The notes below the pieces were generated by a model. That model was not told where the DNA came from, made no database searches, and saw only the letters and a list, made by a program, of their open reading frames with translations. From assembly GCA_949358305.1 (NCBI GenBank), contig OX442314.1, positions 27,466,001 through 27,530,000 of the forward strand: 64,000 bases of DNA. The letters are read 5' to 3'. The stretch comes from Strigamia acuminata. Lineage: Eukaryota. The position numbers and the translations under genes were made by a program. This document shows, piece after piece, positions 39,319 to 50,647 of this stretch (the first letter of the stretch is position 1; each line of letters opens with the position of its first letter).

Positions 39319-39954
39319 TTTTCTTCAAATCAACTTTAAAAGTTAAAACTACATAACCTATGTGCAGTTTAACGTCGATGGTACTTAAATGATGAAAACT
39401 AATTATATTTTAAATTAACTTTCGTGTTTGGAAAGTAATTTTAAATGAATTTAATTTCTTTTTCACACGAACTTAAAATGATTATGGTTGTAAAACTCCG
39501 AAAGTTAATTTGTTTCAAACTTAATGTTTTCAATTTGTCAACAGCAGTGAAAGGAACTAAAGTCATTAAATTTTAATGAAATATTGACGTTTCAAAACCA
39601 TAAGCTTAATTTATGATGGTTGTTTGCTAGAGAGGAGTCAATCCATATCACTTTTCACCAATAATTTCTTTGAACGTACAAAAATACAAAATACCTCGCC
39701 ACGGTCATTTCTTTTGTCGGGTTCTTTGCTGGTGACGTTACCAACTCAAGGTGTAATTTCCGAGGTTTGTCTTACCTGATCGTTTCTACCAAAATAATAT
39801 TCTACAATATACTTAATGGAATAAAATGTTTTATTAAACAGGCTATATGTTTTAAAAATATTAATGTAATAATTTATTAACAATGGCGTCTAAGAATTCG
39901 GATGTCGTGTTGGTTCCTTTCGTGTCGTCTTCGGGTCCGATCGTCGGATGCGGT

Positions 39955-40300
39955 GGAATGCGCAGATTTCTTAATTCAATTCTCGCGTCCATTTGTTTTT
40001 CAACAGTTCTAGTGGCATGCTGCGCTTTCAAAATTTTCCCAACCCTTTTCGAGTTTTTCTCTCAGGTAACCGGTCGCCTCTTCTTCAGATGGTGAAGACG
40101 ATTATTCCTAACCCCTCGTTATTTTGCTTAGACCATTCCTTGTGGGCCTTCTCCTTAGTATCAAAATCAGCGGCTCGTCGAGCAGGCTGTTCCGGTTCGT
40201 CATCAGTAATTACACTGTTCCTTGGCGGACAGCAATGCTTCGACTTTATATTGCCATAGGAAGTAGTTGCTTACATCAAGCAAATTAATTCTGCTTTTAA
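39955..40300 (-). pseudogene. Degenerate Copia gag fragment
   Basis: Frameshifted translation RINLLDVSNYFLWQYKVEALLSAK...HKEWSKQNNEGLGIIVFT...LKAQHATRTVEKQMDARIELRNLR aligns to the N-terminus of the 45903-49967 polyprotein. Confidence 0.8.
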
Positions 40301-40855
40301 TTACAGTCTCAAACGATTCATTTTAAATTATTTAACCCTTTCAACCGTAAGATGGGTCATTTTGTGACCCCATTTTAAAAAAATCATTATTCTTATAATT
40401 ATGTGAAATAAATTTTTTTTTATCTGTTTTTTTTGCTGACTATTCCTTTGAAACATCACTAGACACTACCACAATTGAAATTTTTATAATTTTTTAATTT
40501 TATCTGTAATTTCAGCCCAAAGATTAACTGGGTCAAAAAAGACCCATCTTAGGAAGGAGTCTAAAGGACATAAATCATGATCATCAGCAGGCTCCGCTAA
40601 TGTCAATCATGCCCATTGCCCACCATATAATTTTAGTACTTAAAACGTCCATATGACGTTCACTACATGAATAGTCAATCTAACCCCATTGGCTAGATTG
40701 ACTGAAAACGTCCAAGCGACGTTTGTATTATTTGGGGTATATAAACCCCCCTACATCCTGAATAAAATATCAGTTGTTTTGTAAACATTCCTGTTGTACA
40801 CTCCTTTGGGATTCCCTAAAACCCGGATCTTGCACGTGCGGCAGGATCTGAGAAA

Positions 40856-41158
40856 GCGATTTCATGGGGCGTATTTCTCCGAAGTTAATCGCGATTTTCG
40901 AGTCGGTGATGATGCCAAATTATTTGAAGCGGCCTACTGGGGATGATCTTTTGGCGTTACCGGAAGTAGTGGACGTGTGGCAAAAGAGGAAAATTATTTA
41001 TTAGCGGTGAAATAAATAATTTTCCTCTTTTGCCACACGTCCACTACTTCCGTTAACGCCAAAAGATCATCCACACTAGGTCGCTTCAAATAATTAGGCA
41101 TCATCATCGACTCGACAATCACGATTAATTTCGGAGAAATACGTCCCACGAAATCGCG
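40856..41158. repeat. ~300-bp imperfect palindrome (~145-bp arms, short loop near 41005)
   Basis: Arms are reverse complements (e.g. GGAAGTAGTGGACGTGTGGCAAAAGAGGAAAATTATTTA and its inverse). Confidence 0.85.
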
Positions 41159-42993
41159 AGGACTTTTTCGCCTTCTCTCCCGGAAATTCAAATTGCACGC
41201 CAATTCCAATATGGTGATCTCTAAACTATAACAACTGTTCAAAACACTCATCTAGAAAAGTTGTTTTTCTAGGTTAGTGTTTTGAACATTTCATGGATTG
41301 TAGTCCCGCTAGGCCGAAGTACTTTTCTCGACCCCAACATTTGTCTGGAAGTCAAAATTATTAATTAATTAAATCAATCACCAGCGCCACATTCGTAGCT
41401 CGGGAAAGACGGACAGCAGGACGATTGTTTTTGGCGTGACGTATTTGCCGCTGTCGGATGTAAAACATTTAAATGGCTTATGAGGGCTTCTGTAAAACAC
41501 TCAATGTTCGTGAAATATAATTTGTAAAATTGATGCCTTTTTAATTTAATTTAATGTAATCGGTATCTTTTGTATCGAATAAAATGTTGACAATTTGCTG
41601 AGCCAACACTTAACTTATCCTTCAATGTCACAATTACTTGTAATATCGTACAGAGAGAGTGTAGCTGCACAATCAGAACACATGTAACTTACACAATGTC
41701 AACATGCTTGAACGCCGTACTGTACAAGCTGCGGTGAAGACTAAATGCGTGTACACAATAAAGCTGCATTCGAAAAGCGAGCTTCAAAGTGCTCAGGTCA
41801 TGTGAAAACTTTATTTAACTATAATTTTAACAATTGTGAGGGACACACTCCTCCAGTCTCCTTGTCAGTTCGTGCGGCGTGCCAAATTACATACTAATGT
41901 CCACTTACTTGTTAATACCAGGTATTTTGGCAATCAAAAAGTCTTTAACAAACCTGAGTCCAAAGCTATACCATTGTCAACACAATCCAACTATCCACGA
42001 CCGATTTCGCATGCAGTTGGAAGCATTCCGGCGATCCTTTCAAAAATGGCGAGTCAATTTCAAATTGGGCTCATCATTACGATCAAACGCAAAAAAGAAT
42101 AACACCATTAGTTCAGCCAAAAGCTCAATTAGTATACAGCAAAGAGACCGCATTTTCACTCGAAAAGGAGGAAATATATGTGACGCCTGCACGCCGCTTT
42201 ACGGATGACAGCCACGCTGGTGAGTGGTGCACTGTGCACTGGCCAACTGGCAATCTGTTTCGAAAATTTCTTGGCGCAAAAACCAAGAGGAAATTTGACG
42301 ATCTCCCGTGGAGTAATAAAAGTATGTTTAAAATTAATTAAGTTTTGATTGATTGATTGATTGATTGATTATTGTTTTTAGTATACAGAATTGTTACAAT
42401 ACAGAGTAATGCTGATTTGGATTGGAATTTTAGGCGCAAACCGTAAGTAATTAAGAATTAAATTTATTTTTCATCAGTGTAGAATTCATATATTATAAAT
42501 ATGGAATTCCATGGGTTTAATCCTCATATAGTTTACTTGACGATTAGGGCTGAGTTCAGGTCTCGGCCCTAATTATGGAAAGAAATAAAAGAAAGTGTTT
42601 TTAGTGTAACTTATGTCCAGACTGACGTTCGAATTGACAAAAGTGGTTTCTAAGTAATCCACCTTGGCAACGAGATACATTGTTTGCAAAACAAATGATT
42701 ACAATAAGGATTATTTGTTACTAAATCATAAAATAGTTTAACGTGGTTGAAGTTTTCAAATTATTAAACTAAAATACTCAAAACTATACAAGGTGTTGCT
42801 AATATTATAGTGCTCACAACTACAGGGAGAGACTTAAAACAGTATAAATAGAACATATTCACGTTGCTTAAATCACATATACTAGAGTACAAAACCAACA
42901 ATCCTAACTGCACAAACTATGCCAGAATATGCGAGTTTGATATGCAGAGCAAGAAAGCGAGCCTGAAATAAGAAATATTGATAAAATTACGTC

Positions 42994-43403
42994 TATACTC
43001 TGACTCATGACCTCTTCTTATTGGTCGAGCCTATTTACTCATCAGTCATCACTGTTATCTGTATACTTTCACAAGGAGAAGTGGTTTTGTTGTTGTTATA
43101 ATTAGTTTGATTATTTTAGATGCATGAAATGATGTAAAATGACTAATATTTAATAATAAAATGTATTTTAAAGTCTGGAAGCAATGTAACTTTTTCTGAA
43201 TTCAAGATTCTTCAGTTCGCTCAGTTTATCGATTGCTTTGTCCAGCTGTTTTTGAATTTGATGATTGATTGTTGCATCTGGACACAAAATGGCTTCCCGT
43301 AACTCGAGCGTTTGTATTTTGGCCTACTAATATGTAACCCTACACCAGAGAATAGGCTCGACCAATCAGAAGAGGTCATACTCTTGTGATGAGCCAGAGT
43401 ATA
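42994..43403. mobile_element. TA-flanked MITE
   Basis: TATACTCTG...GACCTCTTCTTATTGGTCGAGCCTATT and its inverted counterpart. Confidence 0.6.
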
Positions 43404-43605
43404 TTTTTAAACTTGTGTTACTAATTTCCCACCTACATAGAAGATTGGTTAAATAAATTAATAAATCCATTTCAATTCCAAAGGATTGGTGACTTTAAAT
43501 AACAATTGTAAATTATTGTTCATGTTAACCGGTCCCAGCATTCACAGTGAGAAGCAAAATGACACAGAATGACCAGGCGGCCCTCTGCAACCCAATAATA
43601 CCGTT

Positions 43606-44573
43606 CCGTCCCATTTCCGTCTCATTTTCGTCCCATTTTCGTCCCATTTCCGTCCCATTTCCGTCCCATTTCCGTCCCATTTCCGTCTCATTTCCGTCTC
43701 ATTTCCGTCTCATTTCCGTCTCATTTCCGTCTCATTTCCGTCTCATTTCCGTCTCATTTCCGTCTCATTTCCGTCTCATTTCCGTCTCATTTCCGTCTCA
43801 AATCCGTCTCATTTCCGTCTCATTTCCGTCTCATTTCCGTCTCATTTCCGTCTCATTTCCGTCTCATTTCCGTCTCATTTCCGTCTCATTTCCGTCTCAT
43901 TTCCGTCTCATTTCCGTCTCATTTCCGTCTCATTTCCGTCTCATTTCCGTCTCATTTCCGTCTCATTTCCGTCTCATTTCCGTCTCATTTCCGTCTCATT
44001 TCCGTCTCATTTCCGTCTCATTTCCGTCTCATTTCCGTCTCATTTCCGTCTCATTTCCGTCTCATTTCCGTCTCATTTCCGTCTCATTTCCGTCTCATTT
44101 CCGTCTCATTTCCGTCTCATTTCCGTCTCATTTCCGTCTCATTTCCGTCTCATTTCCGTCTCATTTTCGTCTCATTTCCGTCTCATTTCCGTCTCATTTC
44201 CGTCTCATTTCCGTCTCATTTCCGTCTCATTTCCGTCTCATTTCCGTCTCATTTCCGTCTCATTTCCGTCTCATTTCCGTCTCATTTCCGTCTCATTTCC
44301 GTCTCATTTCCGTCTCATTTCCGTCTCATTTCCGTCTCATTTCCGTCTCATTTCCGTCTCATTTCCGTCTCATTTCCGTCTCATTTCCGTCTCATTTCCG
44401 TCTCATTTCCGTCTCATTTCCGTCTCATTTCCGTCTCATTTCCGTCTCATTTCCGTCTCATTTCCGTCTCATTTCCGTCTCATTTCCGTCTCATTTCCGT
44501 CTCATTTCCGTCTCATTTCCGTCTCATTTCCGTCTCATTTCCGTCTCATTTCCGTCTCATTTCCGTCTCATTT
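43606..44573. repeat. Homogeneous 11-bp tandem array (CCGTCTCATTT), ~88 copies
   Basis: Direct reading; a few variants, mostly at the left end. Confidence 0.97.
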
Positions 44574-45637
44574 CTCTCCCATTCTGCAGAATAATGCTGA
44601 TTTGGATTGGAATTTTAGGCGCAAACCGTAAGTAATTAAGAATTTATTTATTTTTTATAAGTGTAGAATTTATATGATACAGATATGGAATTCCAATACG
44701 GGGTGGATGGGTTTAATCCTCATATAGTTTACTTGACGATTAGGGCTGAGCTCAAGTCTCGGCCCCAATTATGGAAAGAAATAAAGGAAAGTGTTTTTGG
44801 TGTAACTTATGTCCAGACTGACCTTCGACAAAAGTGGTTTCCAATTAATCCAGTAAATCCACCTTGGCAACGAGATACATTGTTTGCTTAATACAAGTAA
44901 TTACAATATGGATAATTTGTTAAGAAATCAGAAAATAGTTTAACGTGGTTGGAGTTTTTTGAAATAACAAATATTGATAAAATCACAAATTTTTAAACAT
45001 TTACCACCTACATAGAAACGACAAATGTATTTAGAGATGCATTCCAAAACTGACAAGTCTTTTGTGTGTCCATCCAGTCCAATGTGTTAGTAAAAGTGAA
45101 ATCCGTGAGAAACACGTTAAAAGATTAGTTTCAGTTAGTTTACGTGTGTTACTAGGTGACCAAATTAGCTTTTGATTATCTTACAATTCTTTCAAATTAT
45201 ACTAGTCAATACGTGATCTATCTCGAGTGCATTGATGAATGCATTCGTAAATGTGTCAAAGTTTAGCTTGAGCTGAGATAAAACTGGAGGTAAAAGTAAG
45301 AGCGGAATGTTTGGAATGCATCTTGTACATAATGTTATTACGGTATTGCTATTGTGCATGCACTGTAATACGTATTGGGCACCGACAACGGATATACACA
45401 TTTATAACTTAGAAGAGCGAGTAGGATTATATTTTTGATGCAGAATTACGTCAAAGAGGGCATCATCACCCACAGAAGTAACAACCAGGATATTCAATAT
45501 CACAATAAAAAACAATTTCAGGAATAAACAGTGCCAATAGAAAGCAATTCCCATCAAGAGAGGGCATTAAAAGCACAACAAACAATCCCCTCTGAATCTT
45601 TTTTTAGCCTCAATTTCTTTTGACCTGGATTCCTATC

Positions 45638-48600
45638 TGTGAGTGTACGTGTGTGTGCAGAAAATGTAGGAAGAAGAAAGCTTTTTCAACAAGAAACTGA
45701 TGAGATGTATATTCAATACAAGTAACACAATAATACAGAACATGCGCGCAGTGCGCGTTACCAAGCAACTTAAACTATGATAACATATATATCTCACAAA
45801 TCCCCCTCATAGGTTATCATTTGTTTAAACTTAAAAAGAAAACTAACTCTAACAACAAACATGAATGAAAGAGAAAAACGAATAAAATATTAACAACAAA
45901 AATTATTGTTCTTCTTCTTTCATCTTGGCATCATCTTGAAGACCCACACGATCACGGCCTTCTTCAAACTTGTCCTTTGCCAGCGGTTTAGTCAAGAAAT
46001 CCGCAACCATTTCTGCTGAAGGAAGGTGGACCAGCTTGATATTTCCCAATTTTAGATCGTCCTTAATAAACATCATATGTCGATTCATATGCTTGGTCCG
46101 CCCAAACTGGTTTGAACCACAAAGAACTTGAATGCCGGGTGTGCAGTCAGTGTAGATTGGTACGCATCTTGGCACGCAATCCCCCTCACCGACCTCGCTT
46201 AGGAAATCTCTTGCCCATTTGATTATTTTGAGCAGTTCACAAATCGCAAGTATCTCGCTCTCGGTGGTGGACATCGCCACCAAACGTTGTCTTTTCGTTT
46301 TCCATCCGATAGTTGCGTCGCCGATCTTTAAAATCAAGCCCGTGTGTGACTTAGCATCTTGGGTTACACACCAACTTGCGTCCGCGAATCCTTGTAAGCT
46401 TCCTTCTTTGCTTGAGAAGAACAAACGCAAATCTTTTGTACCGTTGACATAACGCAAAACGCGTTTCGCTGCTCGAAAGTGCAGTTGGCGAGGATCTTTG
46501 GAGAAAGCTGAGAGAGCGCTCACAGCATATGACAAATCCGGACGAGAAACAATCATCAGGTGCATCAAAGAACCGATGATCTGCTGGTATAAATTCTGAT
46601 CAACCTTCTTTGATTTGTCGAAGTCCTCCAAATCCTGTCCTGTTGCCATCGGCGTTTTCGCAGTGATCCCATTGAGTAAGTCAAATTTTGTCAAAATGTC
46701 GTTTACATATTTTTGTTGTCCCACGTATACTCCGTCCTTAGTGACCGAAATTTCCATTCCGAGAAGGAAGTGAACTTCCCCCATGTCGACTATTTCGAAA
46801 ACCTTCTTTAGTCGTTTTAGTATCCGATCAAGAATTCTTTGTCTCGTGAAAGCAGCCAAAATATCGTCCACGTACACGCCCAAAATTATGTAGTCATTTT
46901 TATGTCTATAAATATAGACACACCGGTCGTTTATGAGCGGTTTCAAGCCAATCTTGATCAGTTCCTGGTCAAGTCGCTCGTTCCAGCATCGCCCCGACTG
47001 GCGCAACCCGTACAGGCTGCGTTCCAGTCGGCAAACGAGATCGTCTTGCTCGTAACCTTCCGGTTGTTCCATAAAGATGACTTCGTCCAACAATCCGTAA
47101 AGGTACGCGGTCTTAATGTCGAACTGTCGCGTCAACAGTCCGTGTCTGGCTATCATCGAAAGTATGATCCGGAGCGACTCCATCCTCACTACGGGCGAAA
47201 AAGTCTCCGTGAAATCCACACCAGGTCGTTGGGAATACCCCACCGCCACCAGGCGTGCCTTATACTTATTGACGCTTCTGTCGGCATTAAGTTTAATGCG
47301 GAAAATCCATTTGCTTTTCACCGTCACTGTCTGTCTTTCCCTCTTTACAAGTGTCCATACTTTATTGATGTGTAGAGAATTAATCTCGCTGTCCATCGCT
47401 TCTTGCCATTTCTTTCTGTCATTGCAGTTTACCGCCTCTACGTAAGTTTCAGGAGTGAACAGCTCTTCCACACACTCTATTGCAGCATTGACCGCCTCTT
47501 GTTGCGCTGCTATGCGCTCCGAGCGTCGCACTCCCTCTTGTTGCAATCGCTCTTCGCGCTGCGCAAGCTGTTCCGCCAGTCTCTGCTCAAGCGCCGCTTT
47601 CGTCGCGCCCCTGGGTCGCCCCACCTGCACCGGCTGAAGTGGCTGCGGTGCGGCGTCGTCAACAGCGATAACCGGGTGTTCGACCTCGTCTTGAGCGTCC
47701 TGCAACTCGTTCACCGGTTCAACAGGAAAAATGGCGTCTTCCTCTTCTTGGCAAAAACGTTGCTTTGCCCCCTCATCGTTTAAACCAAAAACGTCTGCAC
47801 CTCGCACCTCCTCATTGAATCCTACCGTCCTGCCCTCTTCTACTTTACCGTCTTTCGGAACGTAAATTCGATAGGCTTTCCTGTCGACTGAATAACCGAC
47901 AAATATGCCGTGTTTGGCTTTCGGATCCAATTTCCGTCGCTTTTCCTCCGGTATGTGCAAAAAGGCTTCGCAACCAAAAATCCGCAAGAATGCAACTGTC
48001 GTCTTGTGTTTCGACCATAACTCCTCGGGTGTAAAATCCCCATTCGGCTTGGTAAACGATCTATTTTTGACATAGACCGATGTGGCGATCGCTTCGGCCC
48101 AAAACTTCAAAGGAAGGCCCGATTTGATTAGCAGTGTCCGAGCCGCCTCTACCAGCGTACGATTCGCTCTCTCAGAAATTCCATTACTAGAAGGATTAAA
48201 GGGAACCGTAAGCTCGTGCAGAATGCCCTCAGATTCGAAAAAACGCTTGAAATTTGCATTGACAAATTCCCCACCGTTGTCACTTCTAAACCTTTTGAGT
48301 TTGTAGCCAGTTTGCTTCTCTGCCATGTTCTTGAATATTTCAAAATGTTCAAAGCATTGAGATTTCTCCCGCAAGAAAAACGCGAATTTTTTGCGTGTAA
48401 AATCATCAGTTAGAATCAAAGCATACTTGCTGCCTCCCAGCGATGCAGTCTGAAACGGTCCAACCATATCCCCATGAATAAGTTGCAAAACTTCAGATGA
48501 CTGCTTCCCCTTGACTCTTTTGTACGGGCTTCTCGTCATTTTTCCCAACGTGCATGCAGTGCATTTTTCCAAATGCACGTCCGCATATTCCAGCCCGTGC

Positions 48601-50248
48601 ACAATCTGTTTGTCTCGCATTTTATCTATTGCACGCTCATTTAAATGACACAGTCGCTCATGCCACAATTCCTTGCTGGCTGGGCGAGGTTGCACAGAAA
48701 CTGCGTTGGCTTCCTCTCCAACCCATTGGTGCAGTAAATACATGCTGCCATTTAATGTTCCTGTTGCAATCGTCATTCCTCTTGGGTCCTTAATTTCCGC
48801 GACTTTATTGTTGAATGAAATCGCATAATTATTAGCGGTAAGACGTGGAATTGACAACAGATTGCCTTTCAACTCTGGCACAAATAAGACGTCGAGGAGC
48901 AAAATCTTCATGAATTCCGTTTCTGAAAGCTTGCATCTCAAAATGATATTCCCTTTCCCCGTAGCCAACAATTTTGCGCCCTTTTTGGCTGTGGTGACCA
49001 CTGCTTCGATTTCCTTGAAAGTCCCAAACAATTCCCGTTTTCCAGACATATGCGCCGACGCGCCGGAATCGAGAATCCACTCGTCTTGACAATCGTCGCC
49101 GCCCAAATCGACGACAAAAGCATGCTGGATAACCGCTTCCTGTTGTGCTATTTTTGCCGTGGCTGCCTCTCTTGGTCGTTGTGACGCTGGACTCGGCCTC
49201 TTTTCGGGGTAGCGCTGCCAACAATTCTTGGCAATGTGGCCACTTTTACCACATTCATAACAGGCTGATTTTGAAACGTTTTTCAACTTCTTGCCGCCCG
49301 AATTACGTCCCACCTGCGCCTTGAACGCAACCGTCACGTTGTCCACGGTCTGTCCCTTTGAGTGGAATGTCGCCCACTGATCTTCCATTTTCAGTGACCG
49401 TCGCAAATCTTCAAATTTCGCGTCTGCCGCGTCACGATAATTTCGTGCAATATTGCCATATTTTGGCAAAAGTCCTCGTGTCGTGTAATGAAGAATCTCG
49501 CGGTCCGAAACAACCTTTCCTACCGCTTTGGCTTTTGCCTGAATCGACTTGGCCCTGTTCAAGTAACCATCCGTCGACTCGTCGTGTCTCATGCGCAGCT
49601 CCGCAAGTTCCGAACCAGCGTCAATTTGTCGCTCTTCCGTGGTACCTGCGTACTGCGCTTTCAACGCCTCCCAAAGCGCCTTGGCCTCGGTAAAAGCCAT
49701 ACAGTTTGTGGCTTCTTCGTCCGACATCGTTAAAACTATAATCCCTAAAGCCTCGTCATTATTTTTGGCCCACGCTTCGTGCTTCTTCAGCGCGTCTGCA
49801 TACGTTGCATCCGTCGCGTCGGGCACTATCGGCTCCGGTTTCGTGATGACGCCTTTCAAACCTTTTGCAGCTAGAAGTGTCCCCACTTTGAATTGCCAAG
49901 TAAAATAGTTTTGAGGTTTTAGAAGTTCAATTCGATTCAAAGATGTACTTGCAATCGCATCCGCCATCTTCCTTGTTCGATCGTTACGCCTTGTTTTTCA
50001 ATTCTTCTTTCACCGCAAATTCTCCACAAATCGTCGCCAAAATGGAACGTTTCTATCTTGCAAAGAAACCAGACTCCTGCTACCACTTGTGAGTGTACGT
50101 GTGTGTGCAGAAAATGTAGGAAGAAGAAAGCTTTTTCAACAAGAAACTGATGAGATGTATATTCAATACAAGTAACACAATAATACAGAACATGCGCGCA
50201 GTGCGCGTTACCAAGCAACTTAAACTATGATAACATATATATCTCACA
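45638..50248 (-). mobile_element. Intact Ty1/Copia LTR retrotransposon
   Basis: Identical 161-bp LTRs (45638-45798, 50088-50248; TG...CA), 5-bp TSD CTATC, iMet-like PBS TGGTAGCAG (ending at 50085), PPT GAGGGGGA. Confidence 0.98.
45903..49967 (-). CDS. Copia Gag-Pol polyprotein (1354 aa), uninterrupted
   Basis: CCHC knuckle, DSGAS protease, LWHERLCH..CTAC, integrase SDNGGE, RT YVDD, RNase H ADFLTK, in Copia order (IN before RT). Confidence 0.96.
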   Translation of the reverse strand: MADAIASTSLNRIELLKPQNYFTWQFKVGTLLAAKGLKGVITKPEPIVPDATDATYADALKKHEAWAKNNDEALGIIVLTMSDEEATNCMAFTEAKALWEALKAQYAGTTEERQIDAGSELAELRMRHDESTDGYLNRAKSIQAKAKAVGKVVSDREILHYTTRGLLPKYGNIARNYRDAADAKFEDLRRSLKMEDQWATFHSKGQTVDNVTVAFKAQVGRNSGGKKLKNVSKSACYECGKSGHIAKNCWQRYPEKRPSPASQRPREAATAKIAQQEAVIQHAFVVDLGGDDCQDEWILDSGASAHMSGKRELFGTFKEIEAVVTTAKKGAKLLATGKGNIILRCKLSETEFMKILLLDVLFVPELKGNLLSIPRLTANNYAISFNNKVAEIKDPRGMTIATGTLNGSMYLLHQWVGEEANAVSVQPRPASKELWHERLCHLNERAIDKMRDKQIVHGLEYADVHLEKCTACTLGKMTRSPYKRVKGKQSSEVLQLIHGDMVGPFQTASLGGSKYALILTDDFTRKKFAFFLREKSQCFEHFEIFKNMAEKQTGYKLKRFRSDNGGEFVNANFKRFFESEGILHELTVPFNPSSNGISERANRTLVEAARTLLIKSGLPLKFWAEAIATSVYVKNRSFTKPNGDFTPEELWSKHKTTVAFLRIFGCEAFLHIPEEKRRKLDPKAKHGIFVGYSVDRKAYRIYVPKDGKVEEGRTVGFNEEVRGADVFGLNDEGAKQRFCQEEEDAIFPVEPVNELQDAQDEVEHPVIAVDDAAPQPLQPVQVGRPRGATKAALEQRLAEQLAQREERLQQEGVRRSERIAAQQEAVNAAIECVEELFTPETYVEAVNCNDRKKWQEAMDSEINSLHINKVWTLVKRERQTVTVKSKWIFRIKLNADRSVNKYKARLVAVGYSQRPGVDFTETFSPVVRMESLRIILSMIARHGLLTRQFDIKTAYLYGLLDEVIFMEQPEGYEQDDLVCRLERSLYGLRQSGRCWNERLDQELIKIGLKPLINDRCVYIYRHKNDYIILGVYVDDILAAFTRQRILDRILKRLKKVFEIVDMGEVHFLLGMEISVTKDGVYVGQQKYVNDILTKFDLLNGITAKTPMATGQDLEDFDKSKKVDQNLYQQIIGSLMHLMIVSRPDLSYAVSALSAFSKDPRQLHFRAAKRVLRYVNGTKDLRLFFSSKEGSLQGFADASWCVTQDAKSHTGLILKIGDATIGWKTKRQRLVAMSTTESEILAICELLKIIKWARDFLSEVGEGDCVPRCVPIYTDCTPGIQVLCGSNQFGRTKHMNRHMMFIKDDLKLGNIKLVHLPSAEMVADFLTKPLAKDKFEEGRDRVGLQDDAKMKEEEQ

Positions 50249-50647
50249 CTATCGACATAAGGAGAAAACGCCTTCCTTTCGACCAGTATTCTAGTCGACC
50301 CAGAATTTTTATACAGGATTTTTTCGACCAGCTGTAATTATCGATCAGGATTAATTTTGACTTGTTATTATGTTCAACCAGGTTTTCCTTCTACCAAGGG
50401 GATAAACTAAATGTTAGGTTCGTTGGGGGTCGAGGGGTTCTAGGTCAAGGCAGAAGCCTCCCCTTTGTTAGGGAAAGAAAAAAAGACAAAAACAATTTCC
50501 AGTAATTTAAAAGAAATATAAGCCCATATTCATTACGTATTCAACAATACGTAAAGATTAGAGTTCAATAAGAAATGTAGGTGGTAGATATTATTTGATT
50601 TTAATTTTACTTGGCTTTATAATGCCATCATGGGATTGTGAATGCGG

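Noticed and set aside
40332..40555. piggyBac-like MITE (TTAACCCTT end)
   Set aside because: Only one clear terminus and no second TTAA end found.
43606..44573. CRISPR-like array
   Set aside because: Head-to-tail repeats with no spacers, no cas genes, eukaryotic context.
43547..44635. 362-aa ORF of SFPSHFRLISV repeats
   Set aside because: Translation of the 11-bp satellite.
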